This document shows positions 39,282 through 48,868 of a stretch of 64,000 bases of DNA, one piece after another. The position numbers and the translations under genes are program-made. The first letter of the stretch is position 1. Every line of letters begins with the position of its first letter. This DNA comes from Candidatus Thorarchaeota archaeon (GTDB taxonomy: Archaea; Asgardarchaeota; Thorarchaeia; Thorarchaeales; Thorarchaeaceae): positions 1-64,000 of the forward strand of contig JAGSHN010000016.1 in the NCBI GenBank assembly GCA_029855935.1. The letters are read 5' to 3'. The notes under the pieces are model-generated. The model was not told the origin of the DNA and did not search any database. It saw only the letters and a program-made list of their open reading frames with translations.

Positions 39282-39602
39282 TCACAAGCGCTCGAGTCTG
39301 GCGTGCACAACACCACCGCAGTAGGCACACTTCGCCTCCAGAGGACCAATCCAGTCTATGTCCTCAGGCGAGAGTGTTGCTCCACACGACGGGCACTTGG
39401 ACGGTAGCCGAACTGTGCGAATCTCAGAGGCACCCTCGGCTCTCGTCCATCTTGACCTTGGGATGGCGGACTCAGGTGCCTCCATCACGAAGGACCCGAT
39501 GGCGCTCATTGCGTCCTGCGAGACTCTTCCAAAGAACTTGAGAGCCAGGCATGCAGCCATCGCGAAGACAACAATGACGATGATGATGGCAACGGTCATC
39601 AT
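39282..39602 (-). CDS. Small membrane-anchored double zinc-ribbon protein
   Basis: N-terminal hydrophobic helix; CPSCG...CAYCG. Confidence 0.7.
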   Translation of the reverse strand: MMTVAIIIVIVVFAMAACLALKFFGRVSQDAMSAIGSFVMEAPESAIPRSRWTRAEGASEIRTVRLPSKCPSCGATLSPEDIDWIGPLEAKCAYCGGVVHARLERL

Positions 39603-39785
39603 GGTCTGAATACCATAGAACCACGTGAATGGTATCTGCAAGGATGTTATCACCTTTCCTGTGGGTTGAATGGGTCTGCATCCGATTATCTTATTTACTT
39701 TGTTCATTGCCCGCGGACTCACAATCTACAGGTCCCTCACCAAATCTGTACTGATGGCCGCACGGACCAAGACCGGTGACAAACG

Positions 39786-40505
39786 ATGGCTCACGAAGAT
39801 CTCGCCGAGAGGTACGCCCCCATCCTGCACTTTCATCCTGACGAGGGAAGATGGTGCTGCTTTCCATCGGATGCCGAGCACATCTACAGCAAGTTTCATA
39901 ACGACTGGTCGTCGTTCACGAGAGATCTCTCACCAAAGACTCTCAACAGTTCAGCGCCCTGCTATTACGAGGTCTTTGAGCACGACGGCTGGACCCAGAT
40001 TCGGTACTGGTTCTGGTACAACTACAATAGGTTTCCTGGAGGTCACTTCGGCTTCGGCGATCATCTCGGCGACTGGGAACACGTGGAGGTCCGGCTGTAT
40101 CCCGAACTGAACGGTGGTGTGACACTGTGGCTCCTGTCGAACCATCTCACAGCCCGCCTTGGGTCCCGACCAGGAGGCTATGTGCTACCGGGATTGGCTC
40201 CCGAGCCGCTCGCAATCGAGGCTGATCAAGTTCACGTGTGGGTCGCCCTCGGCTCGCATGCCAACTATCCGTCGCCCTTGAGCCGACCCAAGTGCTTTCT
40301 GAAGTTCTGGTGCGACCGTATCAGTGACGGCGGCCCCGTCTGGCACACGGAAACAAATCTCGTCTCGCTCAGGGAGACGAACTTCTATCACTTCAAGGGA
40401 CGATGGGGCGATGAGAAGGCGCCACGCAGTCCGACGAATGGCTACAACAACCCGTGGAGGAACTCAACACACAGCCAACCCGTCCCCCTCTCAGACATCA
40501 CCTGA
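39786..40505 (+). CDS. Vps62-like protein
   Basis: RYAPILHFHPDE..FP, YWFWYNYN, HLGDWEH, ALGSHANY, GRWG. Confidence 0.75.
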   Translation: MAHEDLAERYAPILHFHPDEGRWCCFPSDAEHIYSKFHNDWSSFTRDLSPKTLNSSAPCYYEVFEHDGWTQIRYWFWYNYNRFPGGHFGFGDHLGDWEHVEVRLYPELNGGVTLWLLSNHLTARLGSRPGGYVLPGLAPEPLAIEADQVHVWVALGSHANYPSPLSRPKCFLKFWCDRISDGGPVWHTETNLVSLRETNFYHFKGRWGDEKAPRSPTNGYNNPWRNSTHSQPVPLSDIT

Positions 40506-40521
40506 ACATTCTCCGCGGCCA

Positions 40522-42105
40522 TCACGCGACGGGAGAGTACCCCTTTCTCAGAACCGTATCAACGGCCTGGTCCCACTCTCTCGGATAGTCCTGATTGTAG
40601 TGCGTCCCCCTGCTCTCACGGCGCATCCGGGACATCCTGACTATGAGTTCCGCCACAACGGCGATGTTTCTCAACTCAACCAGGTCCGGTGTGATCTTGA
40701 AGTCCCAGTAGAACTGCTCTATCTCCCTTCGGATGAAGTCTATCCGATTCCGTGCCCTGATGAGCCTCTTTCGCGATCTCACTATGCCTACGTAGTTTGT
40801 CATTATGCGTCGTATCTCATCCCACGTGTGCGATATAACAATGAGCTCATCGGGATCCGTGGCCTCACCCGGGTCCCACGGACGGATCTCGTCTGCGCGG
40901 ATTGGTCTGTCGAGCATCTCAGATGCGGCAAGCGCAGCATTATGTCCCACAACCAGTCCCTCAAGCAGCGAGTTTGAGGCCATCCTGTTCGCTCCATGGA
41001 ATCCCGTACAGGCGGTCTCTCCGACGGCGAACAGCCCCTTGATGTCCGTTCGTCCCGCGATGTCCGTCTTGACGCCACCACAGCAGTAGTGTGCTCCCGG
41101 GACGACGGGTATCGGTTCCGATGTTATGTCGATGCCGGCCTCAAGACACCTCCTATAGATGACGGGAAATCTGTTCTTAATCCAGGCAGAGTCCTTGAAA
41201 GATATGTCGAGATAGACGTGGTCGGCCCCCGTTCGTTTTAGCTCGGCATCGATGGCACGAGCAACAATGTCACGCGGCGCGAGTTCCGCGTCTGGATGAT
41301 ATCGTGGCATGAAGCGTTCTCCGTCTGCTCCAAGCAACACTGCTCCCTCGCCGCGCAGGGCCTCTGAGATCAAGAATGAGTGTACGCGATGGTGATAGAG
41401 GAGCGTCGGATGGAACTGGATGAACTCCATGTTCATTATCGAGGCACCCGCCCGATAAGCCATTGCGATACCATCCCCCGTGGCGTGAGGCGGATTGCTG
41501 GTATACAGAAAGACCTTGCCCACCCCTCCAGTCGCGAGTACGGTCACGCGAGAGGCGAATCGTCTGATCTCTGCACTCTCTGTGTCGAGCACATAGGCCC
41601 CGAGAACCTCGTTGTCTCTCACAACAAGGTTGACCGCCATATGGTTCTCAAAGATGATGATGTTCGGCTCCTGTCTGACGGCGCTGGCAAGAGCCTCCTC
41701 GATGTCCCTCCCGGTGTGGTCCTTGACGTGAAGGACTCTTCTGTGACTGTGACCACCCTCTAGACCGAGATCGAACTCGTCGGATCCCTCTGCCTTGCAG
41801 AACTCGACCCCCAGCTCGCTGAGCTGACGGATGCGCTCGGGAGCGGCCCTGACGATTGCCTCGACAACACCACGATGACAGAGCCCGCAGCCGACTCTGA
41901 GAGTGTCGTGGATATGGGCCTCGAAGGAGTCCTCCGGAGAGACTACTGCCGCAATACCGCCCTGTGCAAGGGATGTGGCGGTGTCTGTGAGCCCCCTCTT
42001 GGTGACAATGGCCGCAGTCCCGTGACGTGACGCTTCGAGCGAGAAGATCAGTCCGGAGATACCACTGCCTATCACCAGGAAGTCAGACTTGATGACATCG
42101 TTCAT
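40522..42105 (-). CDS. nadB: L-aspartate oxidase
   Basis: VIGSGISGL, LAQGGIA, EGGHSHRRVLH, EFIQFHPT, LISEALRGEG, ELAPRDIVARAI, HGANRMASNSLLE, ESRGTH. ATG at 42105. Confidence 0.95.
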   Translation of the reverse strand: MNDVIKSDFLVIGSGISGLIFSLEASRHGTAAIVTKRGLTDTATSLAQGGIAAVVSPEDSFEAHIHDTLRVGCGLCHRGVVEAIVRAAPERIRQLSELGVEFCKAEGSDEFDLGLEGGHSHRRVLHVKDHTGRDIEEALASAVRQEPNIIIFENHMAVNLVVRDNEVLGAYVLDTESAEIRRFASRVTVLATGGVGKVFLYTSNPPHATGDGIAMAYRAGASIMNMEFIQFHPTLLYHHRVHSFLISEALRGEGAVLLGADGERFMPRYHPDAELAPRDIVARAIDAELKRTGADHVYLDISFKDSAWIKNRFPVIYRRCLEAGIDITSEPIPVVPGAHYCCGGVKTDIAGRTDIKGLFAVGETACTGFHGANRMASNSLLEGLVVGHNAALAASEMLDRPIRADEIRPWDPGEATDPDELIVISHTWDEIRRIMTNYVGIVRSRKRLIRARNRIDFIRREIEQFYWDFKITPDLVELRNIAVVAELIVRMSRMRRESRGTHYNQDYPREWDQAVDTVLRKGYSPVA

Positions 42106-42417
42106 GTTCTCAGTTCCCCTCTGTCTTTCAGTACGGCTGTGGCAGAGGCCCATCGGGTGTCGAAGATGGGTATACCAGCATTGGCTCGTTCTGTGAGGCG
42201 TTCGGAATGTAAGGTTTTGGGACGGCGGGTCTGTGGAGAATTGCATCCCCGACGACAGCAATCTTTTCAAGGGGGTTTGCCCGGTACCGTATCCCCCGCG
42301 TGGTGTTGTAGTATGAATGATGATTGTTTGATAACTCATAGTACAATTTGCACACTTACGCAGCATTATAAGCAATTGACATAGCGCATCCGATGCGCAA
42401 GCAGGGGACAACTAGAG

Positions 42418-43380
42418 ATGAATATTGAAGGCGTAGTGATATTCGAGGCCAAGTCTGGAATCCCACTGTTTACTAAGATGAAGGGCAAAACTGACCCCAT
42501 GTTGTTCACCAGTTTCATAACCGCCGCGCGACACTTCTCGTCCGAGCTGTCACTCGGCGGACTATCCTCCTTCGCCACAGACGAGAAAGTAGTGTTCCTC
42601 GCCCAAGGAAAGAAAGTTGTCACGGCATTGATCACTTCGAAGAGCCAGGAGTTCCAGGAGACTCTTGAATTCGCCTCGGAGCTCGGTCAGGTCTTTGAGT
42701 CAAGGTATGAGATACCCGAACGACCACAACCGCACGCGTATTTGGACTTCAAGCCCGTTGTTGATGAGATGCTGCGAAAGGTCCGTGACCCGTTCCTCCG
42801 ACGTGTCGCGAGATTCGCCCATCAGGAGTACGGTGGCGAGGTCTCCACCAAGGCGAAGCTCACTAAGCGGAACGGCTCCGTGGGGACTGTTGACATAGTC
42901 GTCAGCCACGTGAAGAAGTCGGAGTGCGACTCTGACAGATTTGACGAGCTGGCAGTTCTCAACCTGTCGCAGAACTATACGTTTGTCAAGGCCATCGACG
43001 ACATTGCCAGTCGGGGGGCGGTGATCGACTTCATAGACTCAGTCGATAGCTATGGTGTCCGGGTGATCAAGAAGGATGAGATGAGGTTCTTGCCCTACTT
43101 CCCATGCCGGGCAGTCATAGTGGCGCGCGACTATGCGGAGGATGTCCTTGAGTATATTGAACGACTACCAAAGGATGACCAAGGCCCGTATATCGATGGC
43201 TCTCATGTCCTTGCAGGTCTGAGGAGGACAGGTTCTCTCCGCGATCTCAGATGCCACGTCGAGCTCTGGAAATGGCGCGACAACGGCTACCCCGTTCGTG
43301 TGGTCCCTCCACCGACGAATGAGGGCAGTTCTGCACACGCTGGCGAGCACTCCGCAATGGCATCGTCGGGTCATCTGTGA
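42418..43380 (+). CDS. Longin-like domain fused to a degenerate PD-(D/E)xK (Mrr-like) domain
   Basis: N-terminus IEGVVIFEAKSGIPLF...LFTSFITA..FSSEL. C-terminus GTVDIVV...TFVK...VIDFID...AVIVARDY. Confidence 0.6.
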   Translation: MNIEGVVIFEAKSGIPLFTKMKGKTDPMLFTSFITAARHFSSELSLGGLSSFATDEKVVFLAQGKKVVTALITSKSQEFQETLEFASELGQVFESRYEIPERPQPHAYLDFKPVVDEMLRKVRDPFLRRVARFAHQEYGGEVSTKAKLTKRNGSVGTVDIVVSHVKKSECDSDRFDELAVLNLSQNYTFVKAIDDIASRGAVIDFIDSVDSYGVRVIKKDEMRFLPYFPCRAVIVARDYAEDVLEYIERLPKDDQGPYIDGSHVLAGLRRTGSLRDLRCHVELWKWRDNGYPVRVVPPPTNEGSSAHAGEHSAMASSGHL

Positions 43381-45722
43381 TACGTTACGACAACATTGGT
43401 GGACAACGGGACTATCCTCAGACAAGGAGCAACAGGGCTCTCCATCCTGTCCACTATGCTTCCACCATAGGCCTTGAACGTGTTCAGCTGTCTGCTATAG
43501 GGAACATAGACAAGAATCTCCTCTGGGAGAGACTCGCTGTTGACCTCTATCTGAAACTGGTTCATGCTGCTCCCAACAGAGACCTCCACCCTCCCATATG
43601 TCGTCGGGACATTCCATATCCGGACCTCGCGTTTGGTTGTGAACCACTCCTCTGGAATGGCGCGGAGCAATACGAGTACACCATTCTGCTCACATACGAG
43701 CATCTCGGAGGCGGCCAGCACCAGTCCTATTGCCGACCTCAGTACGCATCCCACCGTGATTGGTGTTGTGTTATTCTGCGCCGACTCGTCCGACAATGTG
43801 TGGTATCTTGAGATACCCTCAAAGATGTCCTCTGCGAGTGCCTCAACTCTGTCTCTGTCGCTGCGGAGGACGTTCAGATGAAAGAGCCTGAACCGGAGCC
43901 CCGGGATCAGGTGGCGAACAGCCTGCAGTCTGTCTTCTCTCGCAGCCTGCAGTAGTCGTTCTGTGGACTTGGTGACATCATCAATCAGATGTCTTGTTAG
44001 GGCACCACGCCCCAGAAGGATGACGCTGTCTGTCACTCTCATCAAGTCGCTCACGATGTAGGGGTTGAGGCTGACCGCCCTCAGCCGAATCCCTATTCGC
44101 TCAATTGCATCTTGAAAGATCCTGTCTACCCACTCACTGGTGCCATCAAGCCTCTCAGCTGCGCCGTGGCTGCCGACCCGTCTGAGGAGAGCCGCGAGGC
44201 GCCTTGCAGTGATGACCGTCCACACGGTGTCTATCAGCTTACGGATCGTTGGCTCCTCACCAGATGTTGTTCGAGGCGGGCTGCCGACGGTCTCCTCGTC
44301 ATACGATTCGACTGTTTCTCCGGACCCATATACGGTTGGAGTGGTTGTTTCCTCACCCCTCTGAGTTGAGAGTTGAGTCTCTGTGCCAGTTCTCTCGTCG
44401 TTTCCTGCAGGAGGCCGAGCAATTCTTCGCAGCTCACCGACGAGACGCTCGGACAGACTCTCCAGAGGGATGCCTGCTGAGTCGAAGACTCGGAGGTCAG
44501 GGAGATACATGTGGGTCTGGAGAATCGCCCATATGACTGGCATTCTGTTCACGAGGCCCTCCGACTTGCAACGAGCCACTTCGGCAAGGACTCTCCGTGT
44601 AACATCAGCCAGCACGGTGGACGCGCCCGTACGCGCCAGAGCGAGAATCAATCCCGCGAGTTCTGTTTCGGAGAGGTCACACAGACTCGACTCTGAGGCT
44701 GGCAATGCGTGCGACATGATCACGGCCTTTGCTTGAGTGATTGCGTCTTGGACACCGCTGTTGGGCAGTATCACGCCCACTGTATTGTCCATCAGGTCGA
44801 ACCATCGCTCCACGGTGGCATGACGCATCTCAGGCGTCTTTGCATATTCGGGGGCATCTCTTGCTATGAGACTGAGAGGCTGGACGAAGAAGATGATCAT
44901 TTCGCCTGCGGGACGCAAGTCCAGATCGTATCTCAGTACTGCTGTTGCCAAGCCTCTTGGTGTGCGTATCTCATTGTCTTCTCTCTCCGTCTGTGCCGTT
45001 ATCTCGTCAATCAGTGATGAGCTATCGGCCCAAGCGAGGAACACAGTATCAGGAGATGCATCAGACTCAACGGCTACTGCGCCATTTGCAACTAGTCTTC
45101 TCAGTAGCGCGTCGTACTCTATCTCCACCAACGGCTCTATGCCATGAATAGAGAGAGGGCGCAACGCCGCGAAGAATGTGAAGCCTACATTGTCCAGTGA
45201 CTTGTTCGACACATGTACCTCGTTGTACAATGCCGGTCTACCATCATCCTCGCCGTAGTATATGTGCCTGATGAACTCTACAGGACCGACCTGCTTCGAC
45301 CAGACGAACACCTGGTCCTCAATGGACGGGCACTCCAGCACAGCCTCCTCGCATAGCGCCGGGAACAGCACCTCTCCATCCTCACCAAGGAGCCAGAAGT
45401 CAAGGCCACCGCATCCCTCAAGGCCCGTTGTCAGTCCGGCCGAGTCGGAGTGTCCGACGCCACGGCCTCCCGCTCCTCCAATCGGTACCCAATCCGCCTC
45501 TGTTCCGTTCACGAGGCACTCGATACCATCATCCGGCCGTATGCGCGTTGCCCATCTGGGTTTCATCCACGGCTGGGTTGTCGGCGAGAGGAGGAGACGC
45601 GCATTTAGTCTTCCTCTGATCTCCTCCACGTATCTTGTTGTACTCTCTCCTCTCGGGGGGAGTTCGATACGATGCGCCCGTGCCACGCTCTCAAGGCGTG
45701 CCACATAGTCCTCCGTGAACAT
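43371..45722 (-). CDS. Hypothetical protein with glycoside-hydrolase-like architecture (beta-sandwich, helical barrel, C-terminal beta domain)
   Basis: Beta-rich N-terminus, helical middle, C-terminal LVLLRAIPEEWF...NVPTTYGRV reminiscent of (alpha/alpha)6 GH/phosphorylase C-termini. No catalytic motif recognised. Confidence 0.45.
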   Translation of the reverse strand: MFTEDYVARLESVARAHRIELPPRGESTTRYVEEIRGRLNARLLLSPTTQPWMKPRWATRIRPDDGIECLVNGTEADWVPIGGAGGRGVGHSDSAGLTTGLEGCGGLDFWLLGEDGEVLFPALCEEAVLECPSIEDQVFVWSKQVGPVEFIRHIYYGEDDGRPALYNEVHVSNKSLDNVGFTFFAALRPLSIHGIEPLVEIEYDALLRRLVANGAVAVESDASPDTVFLAWADSSSLIDEITAQTEREDNEIRTPRGLATAVLRYDLDLRPAGEMIIFFVQPLSLIARDAPEYAKTPEMRHATVERWFDLMDNTVGVILPNSGVQDAITQAKAVIMSHALPASESSLCDLSETELAGLILALARTGASTVLADVTRRVLAEVARCKSEGLVNRMPVIWAILQTHMYLPDLRVFDSAGIPLESLSERLVGELRRIARPPAGNDERTGTETQLSTQRGEETTTPTVYGSGETVESYDEETVGSPPRTTSGEEPTIRKLIDTVWTVITARRLAALLRRVGSHGAAERLDGTSEWVDRIFQDAIERIGIRLRAVSLNPYIVSDLMRVTDSVILLGRGALTRHLIDDVTKSTERLLQAAREDRLQAVRHLIPGLRFRLFHLNVLRSDRDRVEALAEDIFEGISRYHTLSDESAQNNTTPITVGCVLRSAIGLVLAASEMLVCEQNGVLVLLRAIPEEWFTTKREVRIWNVPTTYGRVEVSVGSSMNQFQIEVNSESLPEEILVYVPYSRQLNTFKAYGGSIVDRMESPVAPCLRIVPLSTNVVVTYHR

Positions 45723-45978
45723 ATGGCGAAACCGTCCGATGGTAGATACATGGGAGGCAGTGTCCTCTGGATATTTATCTGTCGTGTGTGTCTAGCAATG
45801 CATTGGTGACACCGGAGGAAACGGAGAAGGTCCGCCACCTTCTGGTCCTGTCACCGCCACGCTCGATATGCACCCTCCGGACTGCTAAAAACTCTTAATA
45901 ACATTCAGACGGTGGTGGCCTGCGAGAAGCTCTGTGAGAGGCACGGTGGTCATTCTCGCGCCCAATGAGGTCTGATGT

Positions 45979-47163
45979 ATGGCTGAGTACCTGAGGAAGC
46001 CCTCACGACGGATAACAAATATGATTGCCAAGGAACTTAGGCTGATAGTCAAGGACCGCGTTGCCATCTTTCTCATCTTCTTGCTGCCCGCTGCCCTGAT
46101 TGGAATGCTGTGGTACGTGTCGAACCAACAAGAGATGACTCTCGGCCCCCACGGTGGCGGATCCTCATCCTCGGAGGAGACCGTCACGACCAACGTCACG
46201 GAGGTCCAGACTGGTGTGGTTCTGGGCATCATCGACCGTGACACGACCCGTACGTATGATGGCCCCGATCTGTCAGAGAATTTCACTCAATATCTCAATA
46301 TGACCGTCGACGAATTGATAGTGTACAATGACACGGACGAGGCTGTCCGAGATCTGTACAGGGGGCGTATCGACGGGTTTGTCGTCATACCGGACGGGTT
46401 TGAGGCTAACCTGACCGTCAATGAGCCCACTTACGTCGAAGTCCATGTCGATGCCACCGACCTCACGACCCAGAGCACAGTTCAGGGCATTGTCCAGTCC
46501 GCTGTCGTGTGGTTCAGAGCCTCCAAGTTCTGGATACGGTCGGAAGTCTTCCCCGATCTACGTATCGAGTTCGCTCCGGAGGGCGACTTTGTGGAGACTA
46601 TATTTGGCGGCTTCATAGTCATCATATCCAGCTACCTTGGCATTGCAATGACCTCTGCACAATCCATTGTCGGTGACGCCCCTCTCCGACGAATGCTTCT
46701 CACCCCGACCAACCGCCTTGAGGTGATACTCGCAAAGGTCACAGCCTATGTCCTCATCGGCTTCTTTCAGTCACTGCTTCTCATCACGTTGTGGGTTGTA
46801 GCCTTCAATCTCAATCTCAGTACGGGCTTTGGAACACTCGTCATCATCATGAGTCTGTGTGCGCTCACAGGGTCGACGACGGGAATCCTGATCTCGTCAA
46901 TCGCGTCCACGCGCCTTCAGGCCAATCAGATGTTTCTGTTTGTCATGTTTGGCACAATGATACTCTCGGGCTTCTTCATCGACGTTGGCATACTTGACGA
47001 ATTCCTACCATTGAATCAGGGCCTGAAACTACTCATCGACACGGCCTTCAAGGGACTGTCTCTCCTAGAGGTGAGCACGCGAATCATCCGTCTGTTAGTA
47101 TTCTCAGTACTTGCCACCTTGGCCGCTACGGTGATCTTCTCCAAGAAACCGACGCTGGGGTGA
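45979..47163 (+). CDS. ABC-2 type transporter permease with large extracellular loop
   Basis: IAKELRLIVKDR, TM1, ~170-aa loop (GRIDGFVVIPDGF), LRRMLLTP...VILAK, LSGFF, six TMs. Confidence 0.9.
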   Translation: MAEYLRKPSRRITNMIAKELRLIVKDRVAIFLIFLLPAALIGMLWYVSNQQEMTLGPHGGGSSSSEETVTTNVTEVQTGVVLGIIDRDTTRTYDGPDLSENFTQYLNMTVDELIVYNDTDEAVRDLYRGRIDGFVVIPDGFEANLTVNEPTYVEVHVDATDLTTQSTVQGIVQSAVVWFRASKFWIRSEVFPDLRIEFAPEGDFVETIFGGFIVIISSYLGIAMTSAQSIVGDAPLRRMLLTPTNRLEVILAKVTAYVLIGFFQSLLLITLWVVAFNLNLSTGFGTLVIIMSLCALTGSTTGILISSIASTRLQANQMFLFVMFGTMILSGFFIDVGILDEFLPLNQGLKLLIDTAFKGLSLLEVSTRIIRLLVFSVLATLAATVIFSKKPTLG

Positions 47164-47181
47164 GCAACCAGAGGTGATCAT

Positions 47182-48861
47182 ATGGTCGTAAGAAGCGAAC
47201 TGCCTGCATCCGAACTCCCCGAGCGCCCCTCCTTTGTCGAGGAGGCCTACTTCTCGGGCGCCCGCATAGGTGATGCAATCGACTGGATTCACGAGCGAAG
47301 GGATCGCGAGATACACTGCGAGATAGAGGGCACCCTCACCAGAACAGGGCAGCGCGTCAAGTTCCGGGGACGTGTGCTGAGAGCGAAGAAGGGCATGCTC
47401 TCACGTCAGATTGCTGTCCTTGTGGAGAGCGACCTTCGGCAACGTGCGACTGACGAGCTGGATAGGGTTCTCACTGTGGGCAGCAACACCACGACCTCTC
47501 AGGATGTCGCGGCCACGCAGATAACACTTCAGAACTATCTCAAACGCGACATGGCGGGTGACCTGTTCTTCAACGGGTCCGAGCTCCAGGATGCCGCTAA
47601 GGAGGTCAGCAAGTTCCTGAAGGCTCATCGTGTTGCATGCACCGTGTGGGGGCAGAGGCTGTCTGACAGAACACCTATGATGATAGAGGGAATGATAATC
47701 GGCGCGTCAGTCAGTCCGGCACCAGTGCTACCAGAGGGCGTGCTGGAGGTCCGCGTCGAGGCGGAGGAGACGGGCGAGTCCAAGATCTATATCGTCGCGC
47801 AGCCACAGTTTCTCTTTGGTCCGCGTTCCGACCCCAATCTCACGGTCATTGCGCGCAAGGTCTACATCCGTCCCTATGCGTGGGTGGAGGCCCCCGCCTA
47901 CCGCAATGTCCTTGAGGCGCGTAACCTGACTGTGACAGTCAAGGGAGGAAAGAAGATAATCGAGAACGTGACATTCTCTATCAGGGAGGGCGAGATGCTG
48001 GCAATCATTGGTGAGTCAGGTGCGGGCAAGTCCACAACAGTGAAGGCTCTCATAGGCGATATCCCCAGTACTGGTGTGGCGCGAATAGCTGGTATCGACT
48101 CTAGGAACGCTCAGAAGGTGCGCTACTTCTTTGGCTACTGTCCTCAGGACCTCTCCTACATGTACGAGACGTTCACTCCGCTGGAGAACATAATTGCCTT
48201 CGGGAAGCAATACGACATCCCCGAGTACCAGCTGATTCGCGACGGCAAGACGCTGCTGCGCGACTTTGGAATAATTGAAAAGGCGAACAGCCCGACGAGG
48301 GAGCTCAGCGGTGGCCAGCAACGCCGTGTGTCAATTGCAATAGCGCTTGTCCATCGTCCCAAGGTTCTTCTGATGGACGAGCCAACCAGCGGGCTCGACC
48401 CTGACAATCGTAATGAGCTGTGGCAGTATCTCGACTATATCAACAAGGAATACGGGACATCCATGGTCGTCATCACACACTATCCTGCCGAGGCCGAGTT
48501 CTGCGACAAGGTAGCGGTCTTTATGAGAGGCAAGAGTCTCGTGGCCTTCGGCAGTCCTGCACGGCTCAAGGAGTCCCTTCCGAACCGCGGTTTCGCCGTG
48601 GGCATTGTCCTTGAAGAGGTCCACCCCAGGGCGCGCAAGGTACTGGAGAGTGTGGAGGGGGTGCGTTTCGTGCTACAACGCGGAGAGCTACTGAAGGTCT
48701 TCACGGAGGAGCCACTGGAAGAGGTCGCGGAACGGTGTCTGAGTGCGCTCGAGGAACATGAGATACCTGTCAAGATGGTCAAGACAAGGTCCATAGCGGA
48801 TATGGTCGACTACTACATCGCCATAACACGTGGCTTGGTCACCGGGATAATAGAGAAGTGA
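47182..48861 (+). CDS. ABC ATPase with ~240-aa N-terminal extension (two TrmB-effector-like repeats)
   Basis: GESGAGKST, YCPQ, LSGGQ, LLMDEPT, ITHY. RBS GAGGTGA upstream. Confidence 0.9.
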   Translation: MVVRSELPASELPERPSFVEEAYFSGARIGDAIDWIHERRDREIHCEIEGTLTRTGQRVKFRGRVLRAKKGMLSRQIAVLVESDLRQRATDELDRVLTVGSNTTTSQDVAATQITLQNYLKRDMAGDLFFNGSELQDAAKEVSKFLKAHRVACTVWGQRLSDRTPMMIEGMIIGASVSPAPVLPEGVLEVRVEAEETGESKIYIVAQPQFLFGPRSDPNLTVIARKVYIRPYAWVEAPAYRNVLEARNLTVTVKGGKKIIENVTFSIREGEMLAIIGESGAGKSTTVKALIGDIPSTGVARIAGIDSRNAQKVRYFFGYCPQDLSYMYETFTPLENIIAFGKQYDIPEYQLIRDGKTLLRDFGIIEKANSPTRELSGGQQRRVSIAIALVHRPKVLLMDEPTSGLDPDNRNELWQYLDYINKEYGTSMVVITHYPAEAEFCDKVAVFMRGKSLVAFGSPARLKESLPNRGFAVGIVLEEVHPRARKVLESVEGVRFVLQRGELLKVFTEEPLEEVAERCLSALEEHEIPVKMVKTRSIADMVDYYIAITRGLVTGIIEK

Positions 48862-48868
48862 TTCCACA

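Noticed and set aside
42128-42355. 75-aa minus-strand ORF upstream of nadB
   Set aside because: No recognisable motif or RBS, and it overlaps the probable divergent promoter region.
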